Source of the DNA: Alphaproteobacteria bacterium MarineAlpha5_Bin9
GTDB lineage: Bacteria > Pseudomonadota > Alphaproteobacteria > HIMB59 > GCA-002718135
Assembly: GCA_002937895.1 (NCBI GenBank)
Contig: PTKV01000007.1
Location: 9,440-73,439 of the forward strand
DNA length: 64,000 nt
Reading direction: 5' to 3'
The notes below the pieces were generated by a model. That model saw only the letters and a list, made by a program, of their open reading frames with translations, had not been told where the DNA came from and ran no database searches. Made by a program: the position numbers and the translations under genes. This document shows, piece after piece, positions 11,667 to 23,244 of the stretch (positions are counted from its first letter, which is position 1; the number at the start of each line of letters is the position of its first letter).

Positions 11667-13249
11667 ATACCTAAAGCGCAACCATCTTTTCGGGAATCAG
11701 AACCTCCTACAAAAACTCCATTTTTATAATCAACAAAGATAGCTTGAGCTCCTCCTAGTGGATTACTAGTATATATTAAATTATGACCAATTTTTTTTAA
11801 TTTTGAAAAAATATCTTCAGGAATCGTTTTTTCTAAATATAATTTATCATTTAGGCAGAATGCTCTAGGAAAATCTATAGCTTCTTGAATATTCATTTCA
11901 TAATCAAATATATTTTGAAGTAAATTAGCCTGACCTACTGGTTGATATTGACCACCCATAACACCAAATGAAAGTAAAGGATTAAGATCTTTGGTGGTTA
12001 TCATGCCAGGAATTATTGTATGCAGTGGTCTTTTATTACCATTTATAGAATTTGGATGTCCTGGGGTTAATCTAAAATTGACACCTCTGTTTTGAAGAAG
12101 AATTCCTGTTTTTTTAGTTGTAATGCCGCTTCCATAAGCAAAACATATTGAATTTATAAAAGATACAGCATTTTGATCTTTATCTACAACAGTTATATAA
12201 ACTGTTTCTGGATGAGCAGTGATTGTAAAATTTTTTGGCATATAACATTTATCCATGCTAATTTTTTCAAATAGATTTTTTATATTTTCTTCTGAAATCA
12301 ATGACTTAATATCTATTTTCATTGATTTAGGATCTCCAAGCATTTTTTCTTTAATTTCGAAAACAATTTTTGTAACTTCAGCTTGAATATGCAATCTTTC
12401 AAAGCTTAGAGGCTTTATATTTTTAAAATTAAACTTATCTAGAATTGCCATCATTAATAATACAGTTACTCCAGGACCATTAGGAGGACATTGGTGTAAT
12501 AAATTATTTTTATATTCATGAAAAATGCTATTTGTTACAATAGTGTTTTGATTATTTAAATCTTCTATATCGTGACAACCTCCAAGTTCGTTTAAACTAT
12601 CAACAATGTCTTGAGCTATATATCCATTGTAGAAATCATTTATTCCATTCTTGCCAATTGATTTTAGTGTATCAGCTAAATTTATATTTTTATGTATTTC
12701 TTTAAAATTATATAGATAATCATTTTTTAAAAAAATTTTTCTTGATATTTCATTTTTTTTTAATTTTTCAATATTATTTTTTAAACTTTCAGAAACAATT
12801 TCGTATATAGGGAATCCATAACGTGCATAATTTTCTGCTTGAAAAAATAATTGCTCAAATTCTAATTTTCCATAACTTTCATGCATAGTTTTCCATGCAT
12901 GAACAGCCCCTGGAACTGTAACAGAATGTGGACTAGTTAATTCAATTTTATCAATATTTTTTTTCTTAAAAAACTCTAATGATGCTTTTTTTGGTGCAAT
13001 GCCAGAACCATTAAATGATACGACATTTTTTCCATTTATTGAGATTAATGCAAAACAATCTCCTCCCACTCCTGTAGAGCCAGGTTCAACAACTGATTGT
13101 ACGGCTGAAGCGGCTATAGCAGCATCAATCGCATTCCCACCTTTTTTAAGTATAGAAATTGCTTCCAAAGTACTTAAAGGGTGGGAAGTAGCAGCAATTC
13201 CTTTATTACTTAAGATATTTGATCTTCCAGGAATTTGAATATTTCTCAT
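11663..13249 (-). CDS. ggt: Gamma-glutamyltransferase family protein
   Basis: [25 protein letters not shown] (nucleophile Thr), [17 protein letters not shown]. Confidence 0.93.
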   Translation of the reverse strand: MRNIQIPGRSNILSNKGIAATSHPLSTLEAISILKKGGNAIDAAIAASAVQSVVEPGSTGVGGDCFALISINGKNVVSFNGSGIAPKKASLEFFKKKNIDKIELTSPHSVTVPGAVHAWKTMHESYGKLEFEQLFFQAENYARYGFPIYEIVSESLKNNIEKLKKNEISRKIFLKNDYLYNFKEIHKNINLADTLKSIGKNGINDFYNGYIAQDIVDSLNELGGCHDIEDLNNQNTIVTNSIFHEYKNNLLHQCPPNGPGVTVLLMMAILDKFNFKNIKPLSFERLHIQAEVTKIVFEIKEKMLGDPKSMKIDIKSLISEENIKNLFEKISMDKCYMPKNFTITAHPETVYITVVDKDQNAVSFINSICFAYGSGITTKKTGILLQNRGVNFRLTPGHPNSINGNKRPLHTIIPGMITTKDLNPLLSFGVMGGQYQPVGQANLLQNIFDYEMNIQEAIDFPRAFCLNDKLYLEKTIPEDIFSKLKKIGHNLIYTSNPLGGAQAIFVDYKNGVFVGGSDSRKDGCALGI

Positions 13250-13272
13250 ATATATTATTTATTTTTAAAGAA

Positions 13273-13301
13273 TTGACATAATATAGCTTTGAATTTAATA
13301 G
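13273..13301 (+). promoter_or_regulatory. Putative sigma70 promoter of rpmJ
   Basis: TTGACA-17 bp-TAATAG, 20 nt upstream of the ATG. Confidence 0.5.
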
Positions 13302-13321
13302 CCAATATAAATTATTTTGTT

Positions 13322-13447
13322 ATGAAAGTAAGATGTTCTTTAAAATCAGCTAAAAAAAGAGACAAAGATTGTAAAATTGTACGAAGAAAAGGTAGACTTT
13401 ACGTCATAAATAAAAAAAATCCAAGAATGAAAGCCAGACAGGGCTAA
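13322..13447 (+). CDS. rpmJ: 50S ribosomal protein L36, type B (zinc-ribbon-less); absent from the ORF track
   Basis: Manual translation: [41 protein letters not shown] (41 aa), with the L36 signature VRRKGR.YVINK.NPR.KARQG. Confidence 0.97.
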   Translation: MKVRCSLKSAKKRDKDCKIVRRKGRLYVINKKNPRMKARQG

Positions 13448-14388
13448 TTTACTTCAGATAAAAATTTTTCAACTTCTAGAGCAGCCATACATCCCATACC
13501 AGCTGCTGTTACTGCTTGCCTATATATTTTATCTTTAACATCTCCAGCAGCATAAACCCCTTTGATACTGGTCTCAGTACTATCAGGTTTTGTAATAATA
13601 TAATTGTTATCATCCATGTTTAATTTACCTTTAAATAATGAAGTAGCTGGATCATGACCTATTGCTATAAAAGTTCCTGAAACATTTAAATTACTAGTTT
13701 CACCTGTTTTAGTATCTTCTAAAATTAAATTAGTTAATTGTTTTGGCTGATCAATACCTTCAAATTCTTTTACTTTTTTATTCCATAGAATATTAATTTT
13801 TGAATTTTTAAAAAGTCTATCTTGTAAAATTTTTTCAGATCTTAATTTTTCTCTTCTATGAATTAATGTTACTTTAGAAGCAAAATTAGTTAGGTATAAT
13901 GCTTCTTCTGCAGCAGTATTTCCCCCACCTATTACAGCAACCTCTTTTTCTTTAAAGAAAAAGCCATCACAGGTTGCGCAAGCTGAAATCCCATATCCTT
14001 TATATTTTTCTTCAGACTCTATTTTTAACCATCTTGCTTGAGCCCCTGTTGCAATAATTATACTTTTGGATTCATATTTAATACCAGATTCTCCCATTGA
14101 GCAAAAAGGTGAATTTTTTACACTGACTTCAGTTATAATATCATTTTTGATTTGAGTGCCAACCTTTTCAGCTTGTTTTTTCATTTCTTCCATTAACCAA
14201 GGTCCTTGGATTATATTTTCATATCCTGGATAATTTTCTACATCAGTAGTTATAGTAAGTTGCCCTCCTGGTTCTAGACCAGTTACTACAATAGGTTTTA
14301 AATTAGCTCTAGCAGCATAAATTGCTGCAGTATACCCAGCTGGACCTGAACCAATAATTAAAACATCTGTTTTGAATACTTCTTTCAT
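13444..14388 (-). CDS. trxB: Thioredoxin reductase
   Basis: [25 protein letters not shown] and AAGDV motifs. Confidence 0.98.
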   Translation of the reverse strand: MKEVFKTDVLIIGSGPAGYTAAIYAARANLKPIVVTGLEPGGQLTITTDVENYPGYENIIQGPWLMEEMKKQAEKVGTQIKNDIITEVSVKNSPFCSMGESGIKYESKSIIIATGAQARWLKIESEEKYKGYGISACATCDGFFFKEKEVAVIGGGNTAAEEALYLTNFASKVTLIHRREKLRSEKILQDRLFKNSKINILWNKKVKEFEGIDQPKQLTNLILEDTKTGETSNLNVSGTFIAIGHDPATSLFKGKLNMDDNNYIITKPDSTETSIKGVYAAGDVKDKIYRQAVTAAGMGCMAALEVEKFLSEVN

Positions 14389-14404
14389 AAATTTAAATTA
14401 TATT

Positions 14405-15016
14405 TTACTCAACAGGAAAATCTGTTTTAAATGTTACATAGTTTATTTGGATACATCTTCTTTCTTTAATAATTTGTTTTTTTTCTAATCCATGCCAAGT
14501 GTCTTGCCCAGATGAAAAGAAATAACCGCAATTATTTTCATATTTAATAGTTTTTACTACTTCAAATTTGTCATTATATAAATCCGTACCTAAATTTTTA
14601 GGTTCATTAAAAGGATTACACCAAATCATCATAGTCATTAGTTTTTCTTCAATATCTTTATGAGGTTTGAGCCAAAAACCTTTTTTATCACCTATTAATT
14701 CCAATCTTACATATGAGTTTTCTAGGTCTTTATTTAAATAATCAGAAATTTTTTTATAAATATCTTTTTTTTGTAAACTTTTTATTAATTTTCTTAAATT
14801 AGGAAAATAATCTTCATTATTTTTTGTTAAAAACAATCTCAATTTTCCATCAATACCCCCACCAGTATGATCAGCTGCTCTTGTTCCATCATAAGATCTA
14901 TCACCTTTAGGAATTGTTGCAGTTCCAATTTCATCTAATGTTATTTTATCTAAACAATCCGAGATTTCCCAATGTTTAAAAGGATTAGTATGCTCTATAA
15001 TATTATCTAAATTCAT
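14405..15016 (-). CDS. 2OG-Fe(II) oxygenase-like protein
   Basis: HxD (PHKD), distal His (TWHG) and Arg (RRCIQINY) give the facial-triad layout; substrate unknown. Confidence 0.7.
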   Translation of the reverse strand: MNLDNIIEHTNPFKHWEISDCLDKITLDEIGTATIPKGDRSYDGTRAADHTGGGIDGKLRLFLTKNNEDYFPNLRKLIKSLQKKDIYKKISDYLNKDLENSYVRLELIGDKKGFWLKPHKDIEEKLMTMMIWCNPFNEPKNLGTDLYNDKFEVVKTIKYENNCGYFFSSGQDTWHGLEKKQIIKERRCIQINYVTFKTDFPVE

Positions 15017-15975
15017 ATATTTTCTTTATTTAATATTCTTATTCTTAAAATGCTAGCAATTCTTTTAGCTTCATTTAAAGACTTATAATTCCAAGTACTT
15101 AAATTATAAGAAATTTTTCTAGTTATACCCAATTTTTCAAATTCATTGTGAAAATTTTCAAATCTAACACTTTTTCTTTTAAAAGGTAAATCATATATAT
15201 AAACCGGTTTTCCTGTAAAGGCACATTCTGATATCATTGATGTTGAGTCAGAAGTAACAATAAAAAACTTGGAATTTTTAAGACAATATAAATAAGGATT
15301 AATTCCTTTTTTTTCCCAAATGAAAGCTTTATCACCTAAACTATTTTTTATTTTGTTGATTATATTATCAGTTGTTCTTCTAGAAGGAACTATAAAATAT
15401 GAAAAATTTTTGTTTTTAGAAATTATATCTTTAAGAAAAGATATTATTTTATCTGTTTCATAATTAGAAAAATGGTAATGATTATTTGGGCCTCCTATAA
15501 TTATAGAAATTATATTTTTTTTAGAATCTAAATAAAAATTATCTTTATTATTTAAAATTTTTTCTTTAGTTAAATGGTGTAATGCACCTGTTGAATTTAT
15601 AACATTTTTGCCTACAAATCTATCATGGTTTGGAGCAATCACGAAATCAAATTTATTAGGATTAATTTTAGGATTTTGGATATGGATTGTAGTAATTTTT
15701 TTTTTAAAAACACTTTTTAAATATAATGAAGCATATACGCTTTTTCTCCCGCATGATATTACCATAAAAGGTAAATCATTTAATCTAAATTTATTTTTAA
15801 ATATAAATTGATTAAAAGGTAAAAAACCTGGTTGTAATATTGACCAAGGAAAAAATAATGCAGTTTTAATTTCACTAATATTTTTTGAGAATTGTTGAGC
15901 TAATCCATTGACTTGATTTCTCATACCTTGTGAGCCATCAGTAATAGTCCAAATTAATTTTTTATCAAAAGTCAA
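15013..15975 (-). CDS. Mitochondrial fission ELM1 family protein
   Basis: DGSQGMRNQVNGLA, ISCGR, IQNP, FVIAPNHD, IGG, SRRT, NPY and VTSDSTSMISE motifs; TTG start. Confidence 0.88.
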   Translation of the reverse strand: MTFDKKLIWTITDGSQGMRNQVNGLAQQFSKNISEIKTALFFPWSILQPGFLPFNQFIFKNKFRLNDLPFMVISCGRKSVYASLYLKSVFKKKITTIHIQNPKINPNKFDFVIAPNHDRFVGKNVINSTGALHHLTKEKILNNKDNFYLDSKKNIISIIIGGPNNHYHFSNYETDKIISFLKDIISKNKNFSYFIVPSRRTTDNIINKIKNSLGDKAFIWEKKGINPYLYCLKNSKFFIVTSDSTSMISECAFTGKPVYIYDLPFKRKSVRFENFHNEFEKLGITRKISYNLSTWNYKSLNEAKRIASILRIRILNKENI

Positions 15976-15984
15976 AATAAAATT

Positions 15985-16458
15985 TTAAATAAATTTAACA
16001 GAAATTATATTATATATTTTTATACCTTTAGGGCTATTCACTTCCACTAAATCTTGTTTTTTCTTACCAATTAAAGCCCTTGCTATAGGACTTGTAACAG
16101 ATATTTTTTTATTTTTTACATCAGATTCATACTCACCTACAATTTGGTAAGTTGATGTTTCTCCGCTATCTTGATCTTGTATTTTAACAGTTGCACCAAA
16201 CTTTACTTCATTTCCAGATAATTTTGATACATCAATTATTTCTGCATTTGCAATTGCTGATTCAAGATCGATTATTTTACCTTCTATTAAGCTTTGTTGT
16301 TCTTTTGCATATTGGTATTCAGCATTTTCTGACAAGTCTCCATGACTTCTAGCTTCAGCAATTGCTTCAATAATTTTTGGTCTTTCAGTATTAACTAGTA
16401 TTTTTAATTCATCTTGTAATTTACTATAACCAGAAGAAGTCATTGGAATTTTGTTCAT
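15985..16458 (-). CDS. greA: Transcription elongation factor GreA
   Basis: ARSHGDLSENAEY and ISVTSPIARALIGK motifs. Confidence 0.98.
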   Translation of the reverse strand: MNKIPMTSSGYSKLQDELKILVNTERPKIIEAIAEARSHGDLSENAEYQYAKEQQSLIEGKIIDLESAIANAEIIDVSKLSGNEVKFGATVKIQDQDSGETSTYQIVGEYESDVKNKKISVTSPIARALIGKKKQDLVEVNSPKGIKIYNIISVKFI

Positions 16459-16508
16459 ATTATAATATTTTTCTATAAAAAAAAAATAAAGTCAATAATT
16501 TAATTAAT

Positions 16509-19500
16509 TTATAAGGATTGGAGAGGCATTACAGATAAATCATGCTCTTTTATGTATTTTATAGCTTTAACTCCTACCTTAGCACTATTAAGGTTGGTAA
16601 AATAAGGTATATTATTCATTAAAGCAGTTCTTCTTATGCTAAAACTATCTTTTATTGATATCTGAGTTTTAGTGGTATTTATTACCAAATTTATTTTGCT
16701 ATTTATTAATAATTCAACAATATGCGGGCTTCCTTCCTCAACTTTATTTATGTGAAAGGAGTTTATACCATGAATTTTTAAAAATCTTTTAGTTCCTTTC
16801 GTTGCAAATAATTTAAATTTTAAATTACTCAATAACTTCGCTATGGGAATTATTTTATGTTTATTATCATCATCAATGGATAAAAAAACGTTGCCTTTTT
16901 TAGGAAGATTAATTCCTGATCCAATTTGACTCTTAATAAAGGCACCTATAAAATTTTTGTCAACTCCCATGACTTCACCTGTTGATTTCATTTCAGGTCC
17001 TAAAATTGGCTCAACTCCATCAAATTTATTAAAAGGAAATACAGGTCCTTTTAAAGTAAATATTTTCTTTTTAGTATTTGATTTTGGAAGAAGTTTTTTT
17101 AAACTTAAACCTAACATAACTTTTGCAGCAATTTTTACTATGGGAATACCTATTGATTTTGCAACAAATGGGATAGTTCTGCTTGCCCTTGGATTAACTT
17201 CTAAAACGTATACTTTATTATCTTTTATAGCAATTTGTGTATTCATTAAACCAACAACTTTTATTTTTTTTGCTATTTTTTTAACAGTTTGGATTATTTC
17301 GTTTTTTATTTTGGAATTAATTGAAAAGGTTGGAATTGAACAAGCACTATCTCCGGAATGCACACCAGCTTCTTCAATGTGTTCCATTATTCCTGCAATA
17401 AAAATAAAACCTTTTTTATCTCTTATTAAATCAACATCTATTTCTTTTGCATTGGTTAAATACTGATCAATAAGTATAGAATTATTTGAAGAAGCTTTGA
17501 GAGCATTTAAAGAAAAATATTTAAGACTTTTTTCATCTCTAGCTATTTCCATTGCTCTTCCACCTAAAACATAAGATGGTCTAACTAAAATTGGATAACC
17601 TATTTTTTTAGAGATTTTTATAATTTGCTTTATGTTTTTACCTATTCCATTTAAAGGTTGTTGAATTTTAATTTTTTTCAAAACTTTACTAAATAAATCT
17701 CTATCTTCGGCCAAATCAATTGATTGAGTAGAAGTCCCTAAGATCTTAATTTTTTGATTTTCTAATTCTTTTGCTATTTTTAAAGGGGTTTGACCACCAA
17801 ATTGAACAAATATCCCTAGCACTTTTCCATTTTGATTTTCCTTATTATAAATTTCTATTACACTTTCAGCATTTAATGGTTCAAAATAAAGTCTATCTGC
17901 AGTATCATAGTCAGTAGAAACGGTCTCCGGATTGCAGTTGATCATAATTGTTTCTATTCCAATTTCTCTCAAGCCATATACTGCGTGAACACAACAATAA
18001 TCAAATTCAATTCCTTGACCAATTCTGTTTGGCCCCCCACCCAAAATTATTACTTTATTTTTTGAAGAAGGATTTGATTCACAAAACTTTTTATTTTCAA
18101 AGCTCCAATCATAGGTAGAATATAAATATGGTGTTTTAGAATTAAATTCACCAGCACAAGTATCTACCAATCTAAAAACTGGTCTTATATCTAATTTATA
18201 TCTTTTTTTTCTGATATAGCTTTCATCTAATTTTTTAATTTTGGCTATTTTTTTATCACTAAAACCTAATTTTTTTGCTGATAATAATATTTGTTTATTA
18301 AGTTTGTTATCTTTTAAAAATTTTTCAAATTTTATAATTTCATTTATTTTACTAACAAACCAATAATCATATTTTGTTTCTTTACAAATTTGTTTAATAC
18401 TATATCCAAGTCTGAGAGACTCACCTACAACCAATAGTCTATCTGATGATTTTTTTCTTAGATTCTCTAAAGCATTATTTTTATTTATTAATAAATTTTT
18501 TGGAAGATCAAGACCATCTAATCCATATTCAAGAGATGTAAATCCTTTTTGAAGTGATTCACAAAAATTTCTTCCAATGCTCATAGTTTCACCAACAGAT
18601 TTCATTGAAGTAGTAAGTGTTGAGTCTGTTGAAGAAAATTTCTCGAATGTAAATCTTGGTATTTTAGTTACTATATAATCTATACTAGGTTCAAAACTTG
18701 CAGGAGTAGTTTTCGTTATATCATTTTTAAGTTCATCTAAAGTATAGCCCACAGCTAATTTAGCAGCTATTTTTGCTATTGGAAATCCTGTAGCTTTTGA
18801 TGCGAGTGCCGAAGATCGGCTTACTCGAGGATTCATCTCAATAACATTTATCTCACCATTTTTTGGATTAATAGCAAACTGAACATTTGATCCACCAGTA
18901 TCAACTCCAATTTTTCGCAATACTTTAATACTAGCATTTCTAAGTATTTGGTATTCTTTATCTGTTAATGTTAAAATAGGTGCAACTGTAATACTGTCTC
19001 CAGTATGAATTCCCATAGGATCTACATTCTCTATTGAACAAACAATTATACAATTATCTTTTGAATCTCTTATTACTTCCATTTCATATTCTTTCCATCC
19101 AGCTACAGATTTTTCAATCAAAATTTGATTAGTTGGACTTGCTAAAATTCCTCTTTTACATAAATTAATAAACTCTTTATTATTATGAACTAATCCACCA
19201 CCTGTGCCGCCAAGTGTAAAACTTGGTCTTATAACTAGAGGAAGCTTTAATTTATTTTTGACCTTAATTGCTTGATGAATATTATTAACTATTAAACTTT
19301 TAGGAGTAGATAAACCTATCTCGTCCATAGCTATTTTAAATTTTTCTCTATCCTCTGCTAATTCTATAGATTTAGGATTAGCCCCTATCATCTTAATATT
19401 ATTCTTTTTTAAAATACCACTTTTAAAAAGTTCCATTGAAACATTAAGTGCGGTTTGTCCTCCCATTGTGGGAAGTAGGGCATCAGGTTTTTCGATTTTA

Positions 19501-19733
19501 ATAATTTTTTCTATAAATTCTTTTGTTATTGGTTCTACATAAGTTTTATCAGCAATTTCTGGATCTGTCATAATTGTAGCTGGGTTTGAATTTACTAAAA
19601 TAATTTTGAATCCTTCTTCTTTGAGTGATTTACAAGCCTGAGCACCAGAATAATCAAATTCACATGCCTGACCTATTACAATAGGGCCAGCTCCTATAAT
19701 TAAAATTTTATTAATATCATTTCTTTTTGGCAT
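16509..19733 (-). CDS. carB: Carbamoyl-phosphate synthase large subunit
   Basis: [30 protein letters not shown] start, two ATP-grasp halves and an MGS-like C-terminus. Start ATG 19733 chosen. Confidence 0.98.
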   Translation of the reverse strand: MPKRNDINKILIIGAGPIVIGQACEFDYSGAQACKSLKEEGFKIILVNSNPATIMTDPEIADKTYVEPITKEFIEKIIKIEKPDALLPTMGGQTALNVSMELFKSGILKKNNIKMIGANPKSIELAEDREKFKIAMDEIGLSTPKSLIVNNIHQAIKVKNKLKLPLVIRPSFTLGGTGGGLVHNNKEFINLCKRGILASPTNQILIEKSVAGWKEYEMEVIRDSKDNCIIVCSIENVDPMGIHTGDSITVAPILTLTDKEYQILRNASIKVLRKIGVDTGGSNVQFAINPKNGEINVIEMNPRVSRSSALASKATGFPIAKIAAKLAVGYTLDELKNDITKTTPASFEPSIDYIVTKIPRFTFEKFSSTDSTLTTSMKSVGETMSIGRNFCESLQKGFTSLEYGLDGLDLPKNLLINKNNALENLRKKSSDRLLVVGESLRLGYSIKQICKETKYDYWFVSKINEIIKFEKFLKDNKLNKQILLSAKKLGFSDKKIAKIKKLDESYIRKKRYKLDIRPVFRLVDTCAGEFNSKTPYLYSTYDWSFENKKFCESNPSSKNKVIILGGGPNRIGQGIEFDYCCVHAVYGLREIGIETIMINCNPETVSTDYDTADRLYFEPLNAESVIEIYNKENQNGKVLGIFVQFGGQTPLKIAKELENQKIKILGTSTQSIDLAEDRDLFSKVLKKIKIQQPLNGIGKNIKQIIKISKKIGYPILVRPSYVLGGRAMEIARDEKSLKYFSLNALKASSNNSILIDQYLTNAKEIDVDLIRDKKGFIFIAGIMEHIEEAGVHSGDSACSIPTFSINSKIKNEIIQTVKKIAKKIKVVGLMNTQIAIKDNKVYVLEVNPRASRTIPFVAKSIGIPIVKIAAKVMLGLSLKKLLPKSNTKKKIFTLKGPVFPFNKFDGVEPILGPEMKSTGEVMGVDKNFIGAFIKSQIGSGINLPKKGNVFLSIDDDNKHKIIPIAKLLSNLKFKLFATKGTKRFLKIHGINSFHINKVEEGSPHIVELLINSKINLVINTTKTQISIKDSFSIRRTALMNNIPYFTNLNSAKVGVKAIKYIKEHDLSVMPLQSL

Positions 19734-20898
19734 ATTTCTCAACTAGTTTTTTAAATTCTTTAAATAAATAATGACTATCATGAGGCCCTGGACTAGCCTC
19801 AGGATGATATTGAACGCTAAATACTGGTAAATATTTATGTTTTATTCCTTCGTTTGTTCCATCAAAAAGAGAGGTGTGAGTTTCCATAATATTTTTTGGA
19901 AAAGAACTTTTATCCACTTCAAACCCATGATTTTGAGATGTAATTTCAACTTTACCAGTTTTAATGTTTTTTACAGGATGGTTTGCTCCTCTATGCCCTT
20001 GAAACATTTTTTTTGTTTTACATCCCAGTGCAATACTTATTAATTGATGACCAAGACAAATGCCAAAAATGGGAATTTTATTTTTAATTAGTTTGTTTAA
20101 AGTTTTTTTAACATATAAACTAGTTGCAAAAGGATCACCAGGACCATTTGAAAGAAAAATTCCCTTAGGTTTAATTGACATAATTTCTTTAAAAGATGCA
20201 TCAGCTTTAAGGATATGGCATTCAAAATTATTATTATTTAAGCATCTTATTATATTTTTTTTTATACCATAATCTAAACAAGCAATAATATGTCTTTTCT
20301 TATTATTATTAACTAAATACTTGTTTTTTTTGATATCCCATATACTTTCATTAGATTTATAATTTGAAGTAGTTGTAACAATTTTAGCTAGATCCAAATT
20401 TTTTAGACCTTTCCATTTTTTTATTTCTTTTTTAAAAAAATTAAATTTATTATTATTTTCGATATTTATTATAGCAGCTTTAATCGCCCCTTTTTTTGCT
20501 AAGAGCCTTGTTAGATATCTAGTATCAATATTGCTAATACAAGTAATATTATTTTTAGATAAAAAAAAATCCAAACTTTTTTGACCTCTCCAATTACTAA
20601 AATTTTTTATTTCTTGATTTATAATGCATCCACAAGCATGAATTTTAGAAGATTCTAAATCAAGTTTATTTGTTCCAACAATGCCAATATGTGGAAATGT
20701 AAAAGTAATGATTTGTTTAGCATAAGATGGATCAGTTAATATTTCTTCATATCCTGTTTGAGAAGTGTTAAAACAAAGCTCCCCTATAGTATTTGTTTTA
20801 GAACCTATGCCTTTTCCAAATAATATTTCTCCATTTTCAAGTAAAAGCGCTGCTGTTGGTTTATTTAGGGTCGATTCTTTATCTTTTTTATCCAACAT
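19717..20898 (-). CDS. carA: Carbamoyl-phosphate synthase small subunit
   Basis: [26 protein letters not shown] and [12 protein letters not shown] motifs. ATG 20898 preferred because TTG 20910 lies only 2 nt after the predicted TSS. Confidence 0.97.
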   Translation of the reverse strand: MLDKKDKESTLNKPTAALLLENGEILFGKGIGSKTNTIGELCFNTSQTGYEEILTDPSYAKQIITFTFPHIGIVGTNKLDLESSKIHACGCIINQEIKNFSNWRGQKSLDFFLSKNNITCISNIDTRYLTRLLAKKGAIKAAIINIENNNKFNFFKKEIKKWKGLKNLDLAKIVTTTSNYKSNESIWDIKKNKYLVNNNKKRHIIACLDYGIKKNIIRCLNNNNFECHILKADASFKEIMSIKPKGIFLSNGPGDPFATSLYVKKTLNKLIKNKIPIFGICLGHQLISIALGCKTKKMFQGHRGANHPVKNIKTGKVEITSQNHGFEVDKSSFPKNIMETHTSLFDGTNEGIKHKYLPVFSVQYHPEASPGPHDSHYLFKEFKKLVEKYAKKK

Positions 20899-20905
20899 TA
20901 ATTTA

Positions 20906-20947
20906 GGCAAACGGCCGTTTAGTAGGCATTTTGAGAGGTTTAGTCAA
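20906..20947 (-). promoter_or_regulatory. carA promoter: -35 TTGACT, 17 bp, -10 TACTAA, GC-rich discriminator ACGGCC, predicted +1 GTTTGCC
   Basis: Minus strand reads TTGACT AAACCTCTCAAAATGCC TACTAA ACGGCC GTTTGCC TAAATTA ATG. Confidence 0.7.
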
Positions 20948-21027
20948 GGACTAGTTGTATTTAATTGTATCAGTTATAATACTTTAAGAGCTTTTATTAT
21001 TCGATTCTAAAATATATAGGAGGATAA

Positions 21028-21492
21028 ATGGACTTAAGAAAAAAAATTGATGAAAAATATAAAATAGCTATTAAATCAAGACAAATCGATGAAGCTAACA
21101 CTTTAAAACTTATTCGTAGTGCCATAAAGGATAAAGATATAGAAAATAGATCTGGAGACAATTCTAAACTTATTGATAATAATAAAATTTTGTCATTATT
21201 ACAAAATTTAATTAAACAAAGAAAAGACTCTATAGAATCTTTCAAAAAAGCATCTAGAAACGATCTCGTTCAAACTGAGGAAAAAGAAATTGAAATAATT
21301 AATCAATTTTTACCTAAACAACTAATGGAATCTGAAATTAAAGAAATAATAGAAAAATTTATTTCTGAAAACAAAATTGAGTCTATCAAGGATATGGGTA
21401 AGATAATGAGTTTTTTAAAATCAAATTATTCAGGAAGTTTAGATATGAGTTTGGCCGGAAAAATTTCTAAAAATTTACTTGGCTCACAGTAA
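21028..21492 (+). CDS. GatB/YqeY domain protein
   Basis: LIKQRKDSIESF, EKEIEIINQFLPKQL and KDMGKIM patterns; SD GGAGG upstream; precedes dnaG. Confidence 0.93.
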   Translation: MDLRKKIDEKYKIAIKSRQIDEANTLKLIRSAIKDKDIENRSGDNSKLIDNNKILSLLQNLIKQRKDSIESFKKASRNDLVQTEEKEIEIINQFLPKQLMESEIKEIIEKFISENKIESIKDMGKIMSFLKSNYSGSLDMSLAGKISKNLLGSQ

Positions 21493-23244
21493 ATGAATTC
21501 AGATAATTCAGAACTTCAAAATATTAAAGATAGAATTATATTAAGCTCAGAAATTGAAAAAAAAACTCCAATAATCACAAAAGGTAATGACAAGTGGTGT
21601 TTATGTTTATTCCATAAAGAAAAAACACCATCCATGAAAATAGATGATGAGCAAGGTTTTTATTATTGTTTTGGTTGTGGAGCCAAAGGAGATATATTTA
21701 ATATATATACTGATTTATATAATTATAACTTTTCTGATGCTGTGTCAGAATTAGCTCAAAAAACAGGAATTATACTTAATCAAAACAATCAAAAAAAAAT
21801 TAAAAAAGATGAAAAAATTTTAAAAATATTAGAAGTTGCAACAAAATGGTTTGAAGAAAATTTATCAGAAAAAAAGTCTAATAATGTAAGTCAATATTTA
21901 AAGAAAAGAAATTTATCACAATCAACAATTAAAAATTTTAGAATTGGTTATTCTTATAATAATAAGAATTCAATATTTAATTTTCTAAAAAGCCACTCTT
22001 TCTCTGAAGCAGACATAATTAAAAGTAATTTAGTAAAAATAGATAAAAATAAAAAGTATAGAGATTATTTTTATAAAAGATTAATATTTCCTATTATTGA
22101 CTCAAAATCACGTGTTATTGGATTTGGTGGTAGATCTCTCGACAATAGTAATCCAAAATATCTTAATTCACCAGAAAGTAATTTTTTTCAAAAAAGATAC
22201 ATTTTATATAATTTAAATGTTGCAAAGAAATACTCAAGAATAAAAAATAATTTGTTAATTTGCGAAGGTTATATGGATGTAATTTCACTTTATGAAAAGG
22301 GAATTAAAAGTGTAGTAGCCCCTCTTGGAACTTCTTTAACAGAACAACAATTAAATATTTTGTGGAAATATTGTAAAAAGCCTACAATTATGTTTGATGG
22401 CGATGTAGCTGGTGTCAAAGCATCTTATAAGATAGCTTTAATGAGTTTAAAATATATTAATTCAAATAAATTTCTTCAATTTATTAATCTGCCTACTAAT
22501 GAAGATCCTGATTCTTTAATTAATAAAAATAGAAAAAGTTTTTTAGAATTTTTAAAAAATCCAATTTCTCTAATTAATTTTATTTTTGAACAAGTTAAAA
22601 TAGCTAAATCTTTGAAAAGCACAGATGATAAAATAATTTTTGATAAATTTATTGATGATATTATAAATATGATAAATGATAAAAAAACAAAATATTTTTA
22701 TAAGAATGAGTTTAAGTCTTTATTTTTTAATACATTAAGAAAAAATCACAATCAAAACAAAGGAATAAGAGTTGATATGTCTAAGAAAAATAATTCATTG
22801 TTAAAAAAACAAATTTATTCTTTTATAGCTACATATATTAACCACCCAAGTTTAAGGGATAAATTGACTGAAGTAATAAATAATTCAGATCTTCTTGATC
22901 AGAAGTGCAGCAAATTATTTATTAAAATTTCTAGTAAAGATTTTATAAGCAAGAATTCTGAAGAAGTTGTTAATGAAGCTAAAGACCAAGAATTTTCAGA
23001 AATTTTAAAAAATTGTTTAAATTCAGAAATTTATCAGCTTTTTCCTTATTCTTTCTATAAGTATAATAGTGATAAAGCTTTTGAAGAGGTTAAAGAATCT
23101 TGTAAAAACTTGAAGTCAAGACTTTTAAATTTGGAAAAATTAAATAAAAGCCTAGATAGTTTTAATAAAAACTCTAATTCTTTAAAATGGATAGAGTTGA
23201 AAGAAATAAGTAAAGAATTAATAGAAGATAGTAATAAACAATGA
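21493..23244 (+). CDS. dnaG: DNA primase
   Basis: [10 protein letters not shown]...YYCFGCG zinc ribbon, FGGR, KYLNSPE, EGYMD and FDGD TOPRIM motifs. Confidence 0.97.
   Translation: MNSDNSELQNIKDRIILSSEIEKKTPIITKGNDKWCLCLFHKEKTPSMKIDDEQGFYYCFGCGAKGDIFNIYTDLYNYNFSDAVSELAQKTGIILNQNNQKKIKKDEKILKILEVATKWFEENLSEKKSNNVSQYLKKRNLSQSTIKNFRIGYSYNNKNSIFNFLKSHSFSEADIIKSNLVKIDKNKKYRDYFYKRLIFPIIDSKSRVIGFGGRSLDNSNPKYLNSPESNFFQKRYILYNLNVAKKYSRIKNNLLICEGYMDVISLYEKGIKSVVAPLGTSLTEQQLNILWKYCKKPTIMFDGDVAGVKASYKIALMSLKYINSNKFLQFINLPTNEDPDSLINKNRKSFLEFLKNPISLINFIFEQVKIAKSLKSTDDKIIFDKFIDDIINMINDKKTKYFYKNEFKSLFFNTLRKNHNQNKGIRVDMSKKNNSLLKKQIYSFIATYINHPSLRDKLTEVINNSDLLDQKCSKLFIKISSKDFISKNSEEVVNEAKDQEFSEILKNCLNSEIYQLFPYSFYKYNSDKAFEEVKESCKNLKSRLLNLEKLNKSLDSFNKNSNSLKWIELKEISKELIEDSNKQ

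Noticed and set aside
20903-20929. Minus-strand 8-codon uORF MPTKRPFA* with a CGG Arg codon just before carA, suggestive of an arginine attenuator peptide
   Set aside because: Its ATG lies inside the -35/-10 spacer of the predicted carA promoter, so it would not be on the transcript, and it has no SD. Revisit only if the TSS maps further upstream.
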